DNA of 64,000 nucleotides from Bacillota bacterium (GTDB lineage Bacteria > Bacillota > DTU025). The DNA lies in contig JBMNJT010000002.1 in the NCBI GenBank assembly GCA_050951805.1, positions 960,001 through 1,024,000 of the forward strand, written 5' to 3'. A program made the position numbers and the translations under genes. The notes under the pieces are model-generated. The model saw nothing but the letters and a program-made list of their open reading frames with translations. It made no database searches and was not told the origin of the DNA. Below, piece by piece: positions 47,084-60,104 of the stretch (positions are counted from its first letter, which is position 1; each line of letters begins with the position of its first letter).

Positions 47084-47953
47084 TTGAACTTTCAGGATTT
47101 GATATTTGCTTTGGAACAATACTGGGCGCGCCAGGGCGCCACGATTCAACAACCTTACGTGATAGAGGTGGGCGCAGGCACTATGAGCCCCCACACCTTT
47201 CTGAGGGTTTTGGGGCCAAAGCCATGGAAGGTTGCGTATGTACAACCGTCGCGCAGGCCTGCTGATGGCCGGTACGGAGAGAACCCCAACAGACTTTATC
47301 AGCACCATCAATACCAGGTGATCCTGAAGCCGAATCCCGATGATGTGGTCGATCTGTATCTGGGGAGCCTGTCGGCGATGGGCATCAATCCCAAAGAACA
47401 TGATATTCGACTGGTGGAAGACAACTGGGAGGCTCCTACCTTGGGTGCCTGGGGCACCGGGTGGGAGATATGGCTTGACGGGATGGAGATAACGCAGTTC
47501 ACTTACTTTCAACAGGTAGGTGGGATCGATACGAGGCCTGTTTCAGTGGAACTCACATACGGCCTCGAAAGGATTTCCATGTATCTCCAGGGTGTGGATA
47601 ACGTTTACGATATGATGTGGGCTGATGGTATTGCTTATGGCGATATGTATCATAGAGCTGAATATGAGTTTTCCAAGTATGCTTTCGAGTATGCGGATAT
47701 CGGAATCCTCAGCGATTCCTTCGACAACTACGAACGCGAGGCTGTACGATGTATCGGGGCGGGCCTGTTGCTTCCCGGGTATGATTATGTGCTGAAATGT
47801 TCGCATGTCTTCAACGTGCTTGATGCAAGGGGCGCTTTTGGGGCTGCCCAACGCGCGGAGTATATGGGACGTGTCCGAGCTTTGGCAAGGAAGGTTGCAG
47901 TGGCATGGGTAAGGTCTGAGGAAGAGGAGGCGGCAGAGAATGGTTCAGAGTGA
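47084..47953 (+). CDS. glyQ: Glycine-tRNA ligase alpha subunit
   Basis: [36 protein letters not shown]. Confidence 0.98.
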   Translation: MNFQDLIFALEQYWARQGATIQQPYVIEVGAGTMSPHTFLRVLGPKPWKVAYVQPSRRPADGRYGENPNRLYQHHQYQVILKPNPDDVVDLYLGSLSAMGINPKEHDIRLVEDNWEAPTLGAWGTGWEIWLDGMEITQFTYFQQVGGIDTRPVSVELTYGLERISMYLQGVDNVYDMMWADGIAYGDMYHRAEYEFSKYAFEYADIGILSDSFDNYEREAVRCIGAGLLLPGYDYVLKCSHVFNVLDARGAFGAAQRAEYMGRVRALARKVAVAWVRSEEEEAAENGSE

Positions 47954-50051
47954 TCGCGTCGGGGCAGTTCTCGAGATAGGCACTGAGGAGCTGCCCGCGA
48001 GGTTTATGCCAGGAATCCTGGAAGACGCCAGAACAACAGCTGCTTCGGTTCTTGAAGAGGCCCGTCTTGATGTTGGTCGGGTTCGCACTTATGCCACCCC
48101 GCGTAGGATTGCAATAATCCTTGACGATGTAGCGCCATCCCAGGCCGACCTCGTGCGTGAGGTTCGCGGTCCTGCGACCCGCATTGCTTACGATGAAGAC
48201 GGGAATCCCACTCGCGCTGCTGAAGGATTCGCACGCTCTGCCGGAATCTCTGTGGCTGAATTGGTGCGGAAAGAGACTCCGCAAGGTGAATATGTATACG
48301 CCATAGTCCGCGAAGATGGATGTGACGCGGCGACAGTGCTCAGTGAAGCGTTCCCCAGGATGATCGATTCGATCAGCTTTCCGAAATCGATGAGATGGGG
48401 TTGGGGGGAACTGTGTTTTGCGCGGCCCATCAGATGGATATTGGCTTTGTTAGGCAAGGAAGTTGTGGATTTCGAATATCACGGTATGTCCAGTGGACGA
48501 GTTACATGGGGACACCGGACGCTGGCGCCAGGCCCTGTGGAGATCGTTTCGAGCTCGGAGTATCCGGCGCGGCTTCGGGAGATCGGAGTAATGCTAGATC
48601 CCCAGGAGCGGGCTTCAACAATCATGAGCCAGGCGCAGTCGCTGGCGGCGGAATGTGGGGGAACCCCTGTCGTGGAAGAGGGCCTTCTGGAAGAGGTCAC
48701 GTTTCTAGTTGAGTGGCCAACGGCCTTCGCAGGAAGGTTCTCCAGCGATTACCTTGCGCTTCCTGAGCCATGCGTTATAACACCGATGGTGGGACATCAG
48801 CGTTATTTCCCGGTGCGGGACGCCGATGGGCATCTGATGCCTGTGTTTATTGGAGTGCGTAATGGCGATGACTACCGTCTTGACGTGGTGGCGGCCGGGA
48901 ACGAGCGGGTGCTCGCTGCGAGGCTGGCAGATGCGCGTTTCTTCTACGACGACGACATGAAGGTGCCGCTTGCGGAGAGGGTGCCGCACCTGAAGAACGT
49001 GGTCTTTCAGGAGAAACTGGGTACAATGTATGATAAGGCGGAACGCATCGAGGTTCTCGGACGCAGCTTGATATCTGATTCTAGTGATGCAGATATTCTC
49101 AAGCGGGCGGCGTTCTTGGCCAAGGCTGACCTGGTTACAGCGATGGTTCGTGAGTTTACGGAGCTTCAAGGCGTAATGGGCAGGGAATACGCTCTACGGC
49201 AAGGTGAGGACGAGAAAACCGCTCAGGCAATATTCGAGCACTACTTGCCGAGATACGCAGGGGACATTCTGCCCAGCACCCGTGTGGGCGCTGCGCTGAG
49301 CATAGCCGACAAGATGGATACCGTTGCGGGCTACTTTGCGATCGGGCTCATCCCGTCCGGATCGGCAGATCCGTACGCGCTCAGAAGGCAAGCCGCGGGC
49401 ATGCTCGCGGTCCATGCTGAGTGGAGGTTTTCCAAAGGCCTGGATGAGATTGCGCGGCTTGCGGTCAGCCTGTACGAGGAGGCCGGGGTTGTGCAGTGCT
49501 CCACTGAGCAGCTTGTAAAGGATGTTCTCGAATTCCTAGGCACGAGGCTCAAGGTATCGTTACTGGAATCGGGGATACGCCATGACATTGCAGACGCTGC
49601 CATTTCTTCGGGTGTGGGGCGGCCGGCTTGCGTTCGTGAGAAGGCGTATGCGGTGGCGTCTGTAGTCGATCAGGACTGGTTTGTGCGTTTGGCTACTGCT
49701 GCGACGCGAGTCAAAAACATAGCTGGGCGTTCTGAGCCTGGCAAGTGCGACCCGGAACTCTTTGATGATCCTGCTGAACAAGGCCTGTATGACGCTGTTT
49801 GCAAGCTCGAGGCGGATTTGGGCGTGCAGGAGAAGGAAGATGCGTCTGGTTTGGTGGAAAGGGATATGTATATAGATGCCATGAAGAGAACGGCTGATAT
49901 CTGTGACGACATCGATCGATATTTCGATGCGGTGTTGGTCATGGCGGATGATGACCGAGTCAGGAAGAACCGCCTTGCAATGCTCAAATGGGTTTTAGAT
50001 ATCGTATCTTCGGTCATTGACACGACACAGATAGTCTTCCCCGGAAATTAG
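47940..50051 (+). CDS. glyS: Glycine-tRNA ligase beta subunit
   Basis: [41 protein letters not shown]. Confidence 0.97.
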   Translation: MVQSDRVGAVLEIGTEELPARFMPGILEDARTTAASVLEEARLDVGRVRTYATPRRIAIILDDVAPSQADLVREVRGPATRIAYDEDGNPTRAAEGFARSAGISVAELVRKETPQGEYVYAIVREDGCDAATVLSEAFPRMIDSISFPKSMRWGWGELCFARPIRWILALLGKEVVDFEYHGMSSGRVTWGHRTLAPGPVEIVSSSEYPARLREIGVMLDPQERASTIMSQAQSLAAECGGTPVVEEGLLEEVTFLVEWPTAFAGRFSSDYLALPEPCVITPMVGHQRYFPVRDADGHLMPVFIGVRNGDDYRLDVVAAGNERVLAARLADARFFYDDDMKVPLAERVPHLKNVVFQEKLGTMYDKAERIEVLGRSLISDSSDADILKRAAFLAKADLVTAMVREFTELQGVMGREYALRQGEDEKTAQAIFEHYLPRYAGDILPSTRVGAALSIADKMDTVAGYFAIGLIPSGSADPYALRRQAAGMLAVHAEWRFSKGLDEIARLAVSLYEEAGVVQCSTEQLVKDVLEFLGTRLKVSLLESGIRHDIADAAISSGVGRPACVREKAYAVASVVDQDWFVRLATAATRVKNIAGRSEPGKCDPELFDDPAEQGLYDAVCKLEADLGVQEKEDASGLVERDMYIDAMKRTADICDDIDRYFDAVLVMADDDRVRKNRLAMLKWVLDIVSSVIDTTQIVFPGN

Positions 50052-50063
50052 CCGGGCGCAGAA

Positions 50064-50090
50064 GAAGGAAAAAGAGAGTTTGAGTAGAAT
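50064..50090 (+). promoter_or_regulatory. Possible sigH-type promoter for ppdK
   Basis: GAAGGA-N17-GAAT. Confidence 0.4.
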
Positions 50091-50138
50091 TCAATGCCAT
50101 TTGATGCGTAGATTGCTGCATTAGATAGGGGGATTAGC

Positions 50139-52790
50139 ATGGGAAAGAATAACATGCCAAAGTATGTCTACTACTTCGGAGGTAAACAGGCCGACGGTAA
50201 AGGCGATATGAAGAACCTCCTGGGCGGCAAGGGAGCGGGTCTTGCTGAAATGACCAACTTGGGGATTCCTGTCCCGCCCGGTTTTACTATCACCACGGAG
50301 GTCTGCACTGCTTTTTATGAGAACGATCGGAAATGGCCCGAAGGGCTAGAGGAACAGATTCGGGAGAATCTCAAGCGCCTCGAAGAGGAGATGGGTGCCA
50401 AGTTCGCCGATCCGGATAATCCGCTTTTGCTTTCAGTAAGGTCTGGTGCCCGTGTTTCAATGCCAGGCATGATGGACACAGTCCTCAATCTCGGTTTGAA
50501 CGATGCTACTGCCCAAGGGCTCATCAAGAAAACAGGAAATCCTCGGTTCGTCTACGACAGCTATCGACGGTTTGTGCACATGTATTCCGATGTCGTCTTG
50601 GAGGTTCCCCACGAAGCCTTTGAGGAGGCAATAGCTGCTAAGAAAAAGGCTCGCGGAGTCAAGCTCGACATGGATCTCACTGCGGACGACCTGAAGGAAC
50701 TGGTGGAAGAGTACAAGGAAATAGCGCGCAAACACACAGGCAAGGATTTCCCTGAAGATCCTTGGGAACAGCTGCGAGGATCGATCAACGCAGTCTTCGA
50801 TTCGTGGAATAACCAGCGTGCAATAACTTATCGCAAGATAAACGGAATCCCTGGGGATTGGGGAACTGCGGTAAACGTCCAAACCATGGTCTTTGGAAAC
50901 ATGGGAGAAACTTCAGGTACGGGAGTCGCCTTTACGCGTGACCCTGCAACAGGCGAAAATGTCTTCTATGGCGAGTACCTCATGAATGCTCAGGGCGAGG
51001 ATGTTGTTGCAGGTATAAGGACTCCCAAACCCATCAGCGAGTTGAAAAAGTCCATGCCGGAGATATATGCCCAGTTGGAGCAGATATATCATACCCTTGA
51101 AAAACACTACAAAGATATGCAGGATATAGAGTTCACGATTCAGGATGGTCGTCTCTTCATGCTCCAGACGAGAAACGGCAAGAGAACCGGAACAGCTGCA
51201 GTCCGCATTGCAGTAGAAATGGTCGAGGAAGGCTTGATAGACAAGAAGACAGCGGTTCTCCGAGTTCCGCCAGCCCAGCTCGATCAGCTGCTGCACCCGA
51301 TGATCGACGCTAAGGCCAAGGTCGATGTGATAGCCAAGGGCTTGCCAGCATCGCCAGGCGCTGCAGTCGGAAGAGTTGTCTTCACCGCTAAGGCTGCGGA
51401 GGAATGGGCGGCTCGTGGGGAGAAGGTAGTCCTTGCTAGGACCGAGACATCGCCTGAAGATATCGGCGGCATGCATGTTGCCGTTGGCATACTTACCAGT
51501 CGAGGCGGAATGACGAGCCATGCAGCCGTTGTTGCCAGAGGCATGGGAACGTGTTGTGTGGCAGGTTGCGGTGCTCTCATCATCAATGAGAAGGAGAAGA
51601 GAATAACCTGTGGCGATCTTACTATTTCAGAAGGCGATTGGATCACTCTGAACGGATCCACAGGTGAAGTCATATTGGGGCAGGTTCCGTTGGTGGAGCC
51701 CGAGCTTACAGGAAACTTCGGGAAGCTCATGGAGTGGGCCGATGAATTCCGCGCTTTGAAGGTCCGAACGAATGCGGATACGCCGGAAGATGCCAAGCAG
51801 GCTCGGTATTTTGGGGCTGAGGGAATCGGACTGTGCCGAACTGAGCACATGTTCTTCGCCGAGGATAGGATACGCGCCATGCGCGAGATGATCCTTGCTG
51901 ACACTGAAGAGCAGAGGCGCACAGCTCTTGCCAAGCTGCTCCCGTACCAAAAAGGCGACTTCATGGGGATTTTCCGGGAAATGGATGGTCTGCCCGTAAC
52001 CATCAGGTTGCTCGATCCACCCCTTCACGAGTTCCTGCCAAGCCTCGAGCAGAGCAAGCAGATCGAGGAATTGGCGTCTGAGATGGGGATCGCCGAGCAG
52101 AAAGTGCGAGACAGGATCGGCGCTCTGCACGAGCTCAATCCGATGTTGGGGTTCAGAGGCTGCCGACTTGGTGTTGTGTTCTCCGAGATCTATGAAATGC
52201 AGACAAGGGCCATATTCGAGGCTGCGTGCGAGCTAGTTCGCGAAGGGGTAAATGTAATGCCCGAGGTAATGGTGCCTCTCGTTGGGACCACAGGCGAGAT
52301 GGAGATGATACGCGAATATGTTGTCGGCATAGCGGACAAGACGATCAAGGAATATGGAGTCGACCTTGACTACATGGTCGGAACGATGATCGAGGTTCCG
52401 CGGGCTGCGTTGATCGCTGACGAGATAGCGAAGTCTGCTGAGTTCTTCTCCTTCGGTACCAATGACATGACGCAGATGGTCTTCGGATACAGCCGGGACG
52501 ACGCAGGGAAGTTCCTCGGCGAATACATGGACCGCAACGTTTTGAAACATGACCCGTTCCAGTCGCTGGACCAGGAAGGCGTGGGCCAGATGGTAACCAT
52601 GGGTGTTGAGCGCGGACGGTCTACCAGGCCTGATCTGAAAATAGGCGTATGTGGTGAGCACGGTGGAGACCCTGATTCCGTGGAGTTCTTCCACAAGGTC
52701 GGGCTTGATTACGTTAGCTGTTCTCCTTATCGTGTGCCGATCGCGCGCCTTGCTGCAGCACAGGCCGAGATCAAGCAGCCAAGAAAGTAG
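50139..52790 (+). CDS. ppdK: Pyruvate, phosphate dikinase
   Basis: [49 protein letters not shown]. Confidence 0.98.
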   Translation: MGKNNMPKYVYYFGGKQADGKGDMKNLLGGKGAGLAEMTNLGIPVPPGFTITTEVCTAFYENDRKWPEGLEEQIRENLKRLEEEMGAKFADPDNPLLLSVRSGARVSMPGMMDTVLNLGLNDATAQGLIKKTGNPRFVYDSYRRFVHMYSDVVLEVPHEAFEEAIAAKKKARGVKLDMDLTADDLKELVEEYKEIARKHTGKDFPEDPWEQLRGSINAVFDSWNNQRAITYRKINGIPGDWGTAVNVQTMVFGNMGETSGTGVAFTRDPATGENVFYGEYLMNAQGEDVVAGIRTPKPISELKKSMPEIYAQLEQIYHTLEKHYKDMQDIEFTIQDGRLFMLQTRNGKRTGTAAVRIAVEMVEEGLIDKKTAVLRVPPAQLDQLLHPMIDAKAKVDVIAKGLPASPGAAVGRVVFTAKAAEEWAARGEKVVLARTETSPEDIGGMHVAVGILTSRGGMTSHAAVVARGMGTCCVAGCGALIINEKEKRITCGDLTISEGDWITLNGSTGEVILGQVPLVEPELTGNFGKLMEWADEFRALKVRTNADTPEDAKQARYFGAEGIGLCRTEHMFFAEDRIRAMREMILADTEEQRRTALAKLLPYQKGDFMGIFREMDGLPVTIRLLDPPLHEFLPSLEQSKQIEELASEMGIAEQKVRDRIGALHELNPMLGFRGCRLGVVFSEIYEMQTRAIFEAACELVREGVNVMPEVMVPLVGTTGEMEMIREYVVGIADKTIKEYGVDLDYMVGTMIEVPRAALIADEIAKSAEFFSFGTNDMTQMVFGYSRDDAGKFLGEYMDRNVLKHDPFQSLDQEGVGQMVTMGVERGRSTRPDLKIGVCGEHGGDPDSVEFFHKVGLDYVSCSPYRVPIARLAAAQAEIKQPRK

Positions 52791-52928
52791 GGAGCGCGGA
52801 GCGAAACCCAACAGGATGACTTCAACTTACGAGACGGAGCTCCCTATCTGAGAGTAGTCTGTGGCCCACGTGGCGGAGATGCCGCGTGGGCCACTTACGG
52901 CAATAATCATAGGGAGGAGGAGTGTGCC

Positions 52929-53951
52929 ATGACGGTCAGAGAGCGTCTGGAAGAAGAGGAACTGGAGAGGCTTTCACCGCATGCCGCATTCTCGCGCAAT
53001 ACTCGCGGGCGTGATCGCGAAGAGGAGCCGGATGAATTTCGCACCTGCTACCAGCGAGACAGGGACAGGATCATACATTGCAAGGCTTTTCGGAGGCTGA
53101 AACACAAGACACAGGTTTTTCTCTCTCCTGAAGGAGACCACTATCGAACACGGCTAACTCATACCCTCGAGGTTGCCCAGATTGCTCGGACCATGGCACG
53201 GGCGCTCCAACTCAATGAAGACCTTACTGAAGCCATAGCTCTTGGGCATGACTTGGGGCATACGCCATTCGGACATTCTGGCGAGGCTGCCCTCAATGAG
53301 GTTGTGGATGGCGGGTTTCGCCACAACGAGCAAAGTTTGAGAGTGGTAGAGTTTGTTGAGCGAAGGGAAGGCAAGCCCGGGCGAGGGCTTAACCTAACAT
53401 GGGAGGTCCGCAACGGGATACTTTGCCACTCGGCGGATTGGCCGGAAGAGGCTGCTACACTTGAGGGACAGGTCGTAAAGTGCGCCGACAAGATCGCGTA
53501 TGTTAACCACGATGTGGATGATGCTATGCGCGCTGGAATCATCAACGAAGGCATGATTCCAGAGGAGGCGCAGCGGATCCTGGGACGCACGAGATCTGAG
53601 CGCCTTGACACGCTCGTAAAGGACGTCATTGACGAGAGCACGAATAGAGGCAAGATTGCGATGAGCCCTGAAGTTGCTCAGGGCATGGCCGCATTGCGGA
53701 ATTTCATGTTTGAGAGGGTATACATCGGATCGGTTGCCAAGATCGAGGCGGATAAGGCGAAAAGGCTCCTAATCCAGCTTTATTGCTATTATCTTGACAA
53801 TGTAGATGAACTGATAGAGGAGTCCGGGGAATCATTGCAGGGTGAGGATGTGGTCAGGATCGCCGTAGATTACATCGCAGGCATGACAGATAGATATGCA
53901 ATGAAGCAATGGACAGAGAGATTTGTTCCTGCTGCGTGGGGGGTCTATTGA
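52929..53951 (+). CDS. dgt: dGTP triphosphohydrolase (HD family)
   Basis: RRLKHKTQVF, RTRLTHTLEV, HDLGHTPFGH, DYIAGMTD. Confidence 0.95.
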   Translation: MTVRERLEEEELERLSPHAAFSRNTRGRDREEEPDEFRTCYQRDRDRIIHCKAFRRLKHKTQVFLSPEGDHYRTRLTHTLEVAQIARTMARALQLNEDLTEAIALGHDLGHTPFGHSGEAALNEVVDGGFRHNEQSLRVVEFVERREGKPGRGLNLTWEVRNGILCHSADWPEEAATLEGQVVKCADKIAYVNHDVDDAMRAGIINEGMIPEEAQRILGRTRSERLDTLVKDVIDESTNRGKIAMSPEVAQGMAALRNFMFERVYIGSVAKIEADKAKRLLIQLYCYYLDNVDELIEESGESLQGEDVVRIAVDYIAGMTDRYAMKQWTERFVPAAWGVY

Positions 53952-54236
53952 GACAGTCGAATGATCGTCCTACATAAGCTGGGTGCATTAGGAGACATTA
54001 TACTCGGCGTAGATCGTCTGCCCGCCATGGGGAAAGATTGAAGATCATAGGAAGGGAAATCTGATCATAGGTAGAATTACGGATGTGCAAGTGGTCTTGT
54101 GGTCACTGGGTTCGGATGCCCTCGCTTCCGCCAGGAGCAGATTCGGAAGCGGGGTTTTGTTTGACGCCACTAAACAGGCATCTGGCAGGAGAATATCTAT
54201 CGCCGGCGAAAAGTACCCCGGCAGGGGCTGGTTGGT

Positions 54237-56084
54237 TTGAGTTCAAAGTTCAGTAATGACTTGGTCGACAAGGTAAGAGAGGCAAATGACATTGTATCAG
54301 TTGTGTCAGATTACGTGCAGCTCAAGAAGGTGGGGAACAGGTTTATTGGTCTTTGCCCGTTCCACTCTGAGCGGACGCCATCGTTTTCCGTGTCGCCCGA
54401 TCGTCAGCTCTTCTACTGCTTCGGGTGCCATGTGGGAGGGAACGTCTTCACTTTCATAATGAAAATGGAAGGGCTTACGTTCCCGGAGGCAGTTCGCCGC
54501 CTCGGCCTGCGTGCCGGAATAGATGTATCAACAAGCGTCGAGTCCCCGCAGGAGCGGGCAGCGCGGGAGCGAAGAGAGTCGATATACAGAGTAAATGCTC
54601 TTGCCTTGGCATACTATAGGCAGACGCTAGTTCATTCGCCGTCTGCTGAATGTGCAAGGGATTATCTGAAGCAACGGCGAATAGAAGCCGATACTCAGGA
54701 AAAATTCAAACTAGGCTACGCGCCGGCCTCGTGGGATTCGCTTCTTACGATGCTTGCCAAGAAGGGAATCGGACCGACGGAAGTATGTGAGGCAGGATTG
54801 GCCCTTCGTGCTTCGGGCGGAAACAGGTATTATGACAGATTCAGGAACCGTTTGGTGTTTCCCATCGTTAATGTGTATGGTCGGGTTGTGGGATTTGGCG
54901 GTCGAGCCCTGGATGATTCGACACCGAAATACCTGAACAGCCCTGAATCGGCGGTCTTCAGCAAGAGATCGAACCTGTATGGGATCGATCTGGCGTCTGA
55001 TTCAATGAGAAGAAGCGGGAAAGCCGTTCTGGTGGAAGGATACATGGATGTGCTCTCTGCACATCAGGCAGGCCAAACCAATGTGGTGGCCACCCTTGGG
55101 ACAGCTCTCACTACTGAACAGGCCAGGATTGTGTTGAGATACGCGGACCATGTAGTTCTCTGTTACGATGCTGATGCGGCAGGGTCAGACGCGACGGCCC
55201 GAGGCGTTAGTACCACGTCCGCTGTGGGGCTTGATGTGCGGGTAGCTGTGTTACCCCAGGGGCATGATCCTGATAGCTTTATAAAGGAATTCGGAGGCGA
55301 AGCCTTTCAAAGGTCTGTGGATGAGGCCGTTCCGTTCATAAGGTATCAACTTGACAGTTTGCTGGATGCAGTCGATTGGTCTGACCTCGAAAGTCGCCTG
55401 CATGGGCTTGAGAAGGTAGTGGATGTTTTATCAGGAGTTGACAGCGAAGTCGAGCGGGCCGAATACACAAGAGAGCTTTCAGAAAGGTTTAACGTGGATC
55501 CAGGTGCTCTGGCTCTGGATGTTCGAAAGGCGCGAATGGCAGCCATGCGTGGAACGAGCCGGGCAGGCCCTGGAGGGAATTTGCGTTCCGGGTCGAGGCC
55601 CAAGCCGTCAGCATGGAATCATGGCCTTGATGACCCGATCTGGGGCAGCAAAGCGTATCTTGAAGTCGAAAGGGCATTAGTTCGTTTGGCGACAGAGTCT
55701 CTTCAGAACCGGACGCGTATTATGGAAACAATAGGACCAGACGGTTTTAAGATGCCAGCACATCAAAGATTGTTTCGCCTGCTATGTGATGTGGGCGAGA
55801 ATGGGGCTGTGACCCCGGCCGAGCTGGTGGATTGTGTGGATGCTGAATTGAAGGATTATGCCTCATCTGTGCTGTTTGGCGCGAAACCATGGGAATCAGA
55901 ACCTGATGCTCTAGAAAACGCGCTCACAGCATGGCAGCAGTTTTCAACAAGGCACCGGCTTAATGAAATTGACGACGAGATCAAGGAAGCCGACGTTGCA
56001 GGGAACTATGAGCGCGTATATGAGCTCCAGGCAGAGCAGAAGAAGTTGCGTTACTTGCTTGGACGCGATGTCCCTCTTTATTAG
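54237..56084 (+). CDS. dnaG: DNA primase
   Basis: [37 protein letters not shown]. Confidence 0.97.
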   Translation: MSSKFSNDLVDKVREANDIVSVVSDYVQLKKVGNRFIGLCPFHSERTPSFSVSPDRQLFYCFGCHVGGNVFTFIMKMEGLTFPEAVRRLGLRAGIDVSTSVESPQERAARERRESIYRVNALALAYYRQTLVHSPSAECARDYLKQRRIEADTQEKFKLGYAPASWDSLLTMLAKKGIGPTEVCEAGLALRASGGNRYYDRFRNRLVFPIVNVYGRVVGFGGRALDDSTPKYLNSPESAVFSKRSNLYGIDLASDSMRRSGKAVLVEGYMDVLSAHQAGQTNVVATLGTALTTEQARIVLRYADHVVLCYDADAAGSDATARGVSTTSAVGLDVRVAVLPQGHDPDSFIKEFGGEAFQRSVDEAVPFIRYQLDSLLDAVDWSDLESRLHGLEKVVDVLSGVDSEVERAEYTRELSERFNVDPGALALDVRKARMAAMRGTSRAGPGGNLRSGSRPKPSAWNHGLDDPIWGSKAYLEVERALVRLATESLQNRTRIMETIGPDGFKMPAHQRLFRLLCDVGENGAVTPAELVDCVDAELKDYASSVLFGAKPWESEPDALENALTAWQQFSTRHRLNEIDDEIKEADVAGNYERVYELQAEQKKLRYLLGRDVPLY

Positions 56085-56146
56085 TTGCTATGGTTGTTGG
56101 CAAGCAGGTCGGCTTTGCGCAAGGCGATTCGGAAGGTGAGGAAAAG

Positions 56147-57256
56147 ATGACAAAGGAATTCAACGCGCCCGAATTGAAGAACCTCGTCGCTAAAGGCAAG
56201 AAGCGAGGCTTTCTCACTGAACGTGAGATAGTGGATGCGTTGCAAGATGTAGACCTCACCCCGGATCAGATCGAGGAGATGTACGAGGTGCTAGGGGAGT
56301 TCGGGGTAGACATCGTGGTGGGCAACGACAGTAGCGAGGCCGATGACGACGTAGTTGTTGATTCTGAAGACGATTCAGCTGATGAGGAAGAGGAAACCGA
56401 AATAGACGTGTCTGTTCCCGAGGGGATTGCCCTGGACGATCCGGTACGTATGTATCTGAAGGAAATCGGGAGAGTTCCCTTGCTCACTGCCGAAGAGGAA
56501 GTAGAGTTAGCGAAGAGGATAGAGCAAGGCGACGAAGAGGCAAAACGCGAGTTGGCTGAGGCAAATCTGAGGTTGGTTGTGAGCATAGCTAAACGGTATG
56601 TCGGTCGTGGCATGCTCTTTCTCGACCTGATACAAGAGGGCAATCTGGGCCTCTTGAAAGCGGTGGAGAAGTTCGATTATCGAAAGGGTTACAAGTTCAG
56701 CACCTACGCCACTTGGTGGATAAGGCAGGCCATTACCAGGGCCATTGCTGATCAGGCAAGGACTATACGCATTCCTGTTCACATGGTGGAGACCATAAAC
56801 AAGCTTGTGCGTGTCCAAAGGCAACTTTTGCAGGAGCTAGGCCGGGAGCCTACGCCGGAGGAGATTGCCGAGGTCATGGATTACCCCGTGGAGCGGGTAA
56901 GGGAGATCATGAAGGTAGCGCAGGAGCCTGTTTCCCTGGAAACCCCCATCGGAGAAGAAGAGGATTCGCATCTTGGTGACTTTATCGAAGACGAGGATGC
57001 CATAGCTCCGCCCGATGCTGCTTCGTTCCTTCTCATGAAAGAACAACTGGAAGAGGTGCTTTACACTCTGGCGCCGCGTGAGGAGAAGGTTCTGAGACTG
57101 AGATTTGGAATTGACGACGGTCGGGCTCGGACGCTTGAAGAGGTTGGACAGGAGTTCGGAGTGACCAGGGAGCGCATACGCCAGATAGAAGCCAAGGCCC
57201 TGCGCAAACTGCGACATCCGAGCCGAAGCAAGAAGCTCAAGGATTTCCTAGAATAA
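56147..57256 (+). CDS. sigA: RNA polymerase primary sigma factor SigA/RpoD
   Basis: [53 protein letters not shown]. Confidence 0.98.
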   Translation: MTKEFNAPELKNLVAKGKKRGFLTEREIVDALQDVDLTPDQIEEMYEVLGEFGVDIVVGNDSSEADDDVVVDSEDDSADEEEETEIDVSVPEGIALDDPVRMYLKEIGRVPLLTAEEEVELAKRIEQGDEEAKRELAEANLRLVVSIAKRYVGRGMLFLDLIQEGNLGLLKAVEKFDYRKGYKFSTYATWWIRQAITRAIADQARTIRIPVHMVETINKLVRVQRQLLQELGREPTPEEIAEVMDYPVERVREIMKVAQEPVSLETPIGEEEDSHLGDFIEDEDAIAPPDAASFLLMKEQLEEVLYTLAPREEKVLRLRFGIDDGRARTLEEVGQEFGVTRERIRQIEAKALRKLRHPSRSKKLKDFLE

Positions 57257-57499
57257 GTTTGTGCATATTTCACCTTAGGTGGAGATGTACGGATGTATTA
57301 GTTCCGTTGGGTCTGGCATGTTGAAGGGGTAAGCTGATCGCGGGGCATGCCATCACTTTAGGCATTGGCGCTTGGCTTGTTGGCCAGACGAGGAATGGAG
57401 ATCGAATTTTGGCGGCTGTGTTGACCATGCTGGTGGTGCATGGGGCCGAAGCCGCCTTTTCTTTTCGGACAAGATGTCAATGGCAGTGGCGGAACACAT

Positions 57500-57850
57500 A
57501 GCCCCGAAACTGGGCCGGCCTTGTTCATTTGCCATCGGCATGCACCAGATTCTTGTGCAAACTGATGAGGCATCAATAAAAGGTTGATGGGAGTTTCGAT
57601 AGCTATGATGGCCGCAGGAATATCGACGCGGATTTCGGAGTGAAGACATATGAGCAAAGATGGCAGCGTAGGGACAGGATCATGAGTTGGTTTGGGTATA
57701 AACTGCATCTCGTCGCGGATGCCGTTTACGAGTTGCCTGTAGCCTCTCGGATTACGAGGGCATCGAGGAGCGAGATAAAGTAGGCGTATACCCTCATAGA
57801 TGAAATGGCGGTTAGGATGCCGGAAATCGTTGATGAGAAGATGACTGCAA
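57500..57850 (+). pseudogene. Degenerate DDE transposase remnant (IS5/IS1182-like)
   Basis: One frame reads LPSACTRFLCKLMRHQ*..DGRRNIDADFGVK..SWFGYKLHLVADAVYELPVASRITRAS..EIK*; internal stops and deletions; ends approximate. Confidence 0.75.
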
Positions 57851-57873
57851 TGCAAATGCTGCCTTATGTGGTG

Positions 57874-57902
57874 TTGACCCTCGAATGTGCGTACGGTATA
57901 AT
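57874..57902 (+). promoter_or_regulatory. sigA promoter of tRNA pair
   Basis: TTGACC-N17-TATAAT. Confidence 0.7.
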
Positions 57903-57919
57903 ACTTTTTGCAAGTTAGT

Positions 57920-57994
57920 TCCCCGATAGCTCAGCGGTAGAGCAACCGGCTGTTAACCGGTGGGTCGCAGGTTCGAATCCTGCTCGGGGAGCCA
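57920..57994 (+). tRNA. tRNA-Asn(GTT)
   Basis: Cloverleaf identical to the 37753 copy except one acceptor-stem base; CCA. Confidence 0.97.
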
Positions 57995-57996
57995 TT

Positions 57997-58071
<75 letters not shown>

Positions 58072-58230
58072 AATTATTACAGATGCAGTGCTAGGCGGAC
58101 AGTTTGTCTGCCTATTCGTGTATATACAGTAAGTTACATGTGATCGATAAAAGGAACTTTGCTTGGAGTGTAGAAATATAATTAAGAGGGTGCCAATTCT
58201 CCAGATTCTGCATTGGAGGCGAGCCGTGTT

Positions 58231-58413
58231 GTGAAACGGAGATGTGAGATTTGCGGGAAGGTAATACCCAATGAAAGACTGGAAGCTCTCCCAGACACCA
58301 AGCGTTGCATAGAGTGCGCGAGGAGTTGTGGCACCGACGTCTGCGCCAAGAGAAGCGAAGTAGGCATGGATCCTGACACATACAAGGATCTGCTCGGAGC
58401 AGTTCGAAGTTGA
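58231..58413 (+). CDS. Small TraR/DksA C4-type zinc finger protein
   Basis: CEICGKVIPNERLEALPDTKRCIECA; GGAGG RBS. Confidence 0.85.
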   Translation: MKRRCEICGKVIPNERLEALPDTKRCIECARSCGTDVCAKRSEVGMDPDTYKDLLGAVRS

Positions 58414-58453
58414 CGAGAAACGGATGTAGTGTTAGCATCATGATGTTGAGAGC

Positions 58454-58811
<358 letters not shown>

Positions 58812-59161
58812 TTCATGTGATGCCCGGCTTATGCCGGGCATCGCCATTTCTCAAGAATGGGCTGGATCAGGTGCTATCAGGATCGATGCCCGCGATGCCA
58901 AAATGTATTGGTTGAACGGGCCACAATACGGCTAAACGACACGCGCCTTCCGGCGTTCATTTAAGAAATCAACTATCCCCAGCCACGTGGCTCACCTTTC
59001 TGTATGCGATTGGATCAGGAAAGCTTGCAGAATGTCTTAATCATAAAGCGAGCGCTTGCTCTTCGGATACCCTAGCCCAAAACGAAAGACCGTGGATGCC
59101 TGTTCGGCGGAAGATCCCTCACGTGTCAGGCAGAGCGTCGGGTTCCTGGAAGGAACGACTA

Positions 59162-59186
59162 TTGACAACATACCCCATGATGGTAT
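59162..59186 (+). promoter_or_regulatory. -35 box plus CsoR-like palindromic operator
   Basis: TTGACA then ATACC-CCATGAT-GGTAT (59170-59186). Confidence 0.5.
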
Positions 59187-59251
59187 ACGAATAATGTGAG
59201 CCCGTAGAGCTAGACTGCGTTAATGTAGGACATGGGAAGGGGGACAGGGAT

Positions 59252-59410
59252 ATGAAGAAATGGGTGTGCACTGTCTGTGGCTATGTGTATGACCCTGCTG
59301 CCGGAGACCCGGATAACGGTGTAGCCAGAGGCACGGCCTTTGAAGACTTGCCCGATGATTGGGTGTGCCCTGATTGCGGTGTTGGCAAGGAGCTGTTTGA
59401 AGAAGAGTAA
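59252..59410 (+). CDS. Rubredoxin (52 aa, absent from ORF track)
   Basis: [52 protein letters not shown]. Confidence 0.97.
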   Translation: MKKWVCTVCGYVYDPAAGDPDNGVARGTAFEDLPDDWVCPDCGVGKELFEEE

Positions 59411-59513
59411 AAGGCAAAACTGGCAAGCGTTGGAGTTTGAGAGGTGCACCAGGCGTTTCAGTTAGTACGGCGGTTGTTGGTCTGCTAGCATCAGATATGG
59501 GAGGATGATGATC

Positions 59514-60053
59514 TTGGCTAATAAGTTGGAGGGTACCAAGACGTACGACAACATTATGGCTGCGTTTGCCGGAGAGTCGCAGGCGCGCAACAAGTATACT
59601 TATTTTGCGAAAGTAGCGAAGAAGGAAGGCTACGAGCAGATCGGGGGAATCTTCGAGGAGACCGCGGAGAATGAGAGGGCTCATGCCAAGAGGCTCATAG
59701 ATTATGTTGGACTTGTTGGTGATACTGCCCAGAATCTGCAGCATGCTGCGGATGGCGAAAACTATGAGTGGACAAGCATGTATCCGGAGTTTGAGCGAGT
59801 AGCCCGCGAAGAGGGATTTGACAGAATTGCCGACACCTTCCGAGAGATTGGAGAGGTGGAGGAAGAGCACGAGAAGAGGTTTAAAGCCCTGCTCGCCAAC
59901 GTAGAGAATGGCACAGTGTTCAGCAAGGGCCAGCCCGTGAAGTGGAAGTGCCGGAACTGCGGTTACGTTCATGAAGGTCCAGAAGCGCCAAAGGCTTGCC
60001 CTGCGTGCGCTCATCCTCAGGCATATTTCGAGTTGTTTGCGGCGAACTATTGA
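59514..60053 (+). CDS. rbr: Rubrerythrin
   Basis: AFAGESQARNKY, ENERAH, GENYE, EEEH, WKCRNCGY..CPACAHP. Confidence 0.96.
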   Translation: MANKLEGTKTYDNIMAAFAGESQARNKYTYFAKVAKKEGYEQIGGIFEETAENERAHAKRLIDYVGLVGDTAQNLQHAADGENYEWTSMYPEFERVAREEGFDRIADTFREIGEVEEEHEKRFKALLANVENGTVFSKGQPVKWKCRNCGYVHEGPEAPKACPACAHPQAYFELFAANY

Positions 60054-60104
60054 TGTTACTGTCCTCGAGCAAGAAGCGACATGTGAGGCGAGGAGGGCTT
60101 ATGC

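Noticed and set aside
52860-52895. Strong GC palindrome after ppdK
   Set aside because: Single hairpin with no further copies in the window; probably an mRNA stabiliser or terminator
37753-57994. Two near-identical tRNA-Asn copies as attL/attR of an integrated element
   Set aside because: Both are full-length with their own promoters, the intervening 20 kb is core genes, and there is no integrase
58850-59150. Unassigned 300-nt gap after rnpB
   Set aside because: No convincing ORF, repeat or stable structure found by eye
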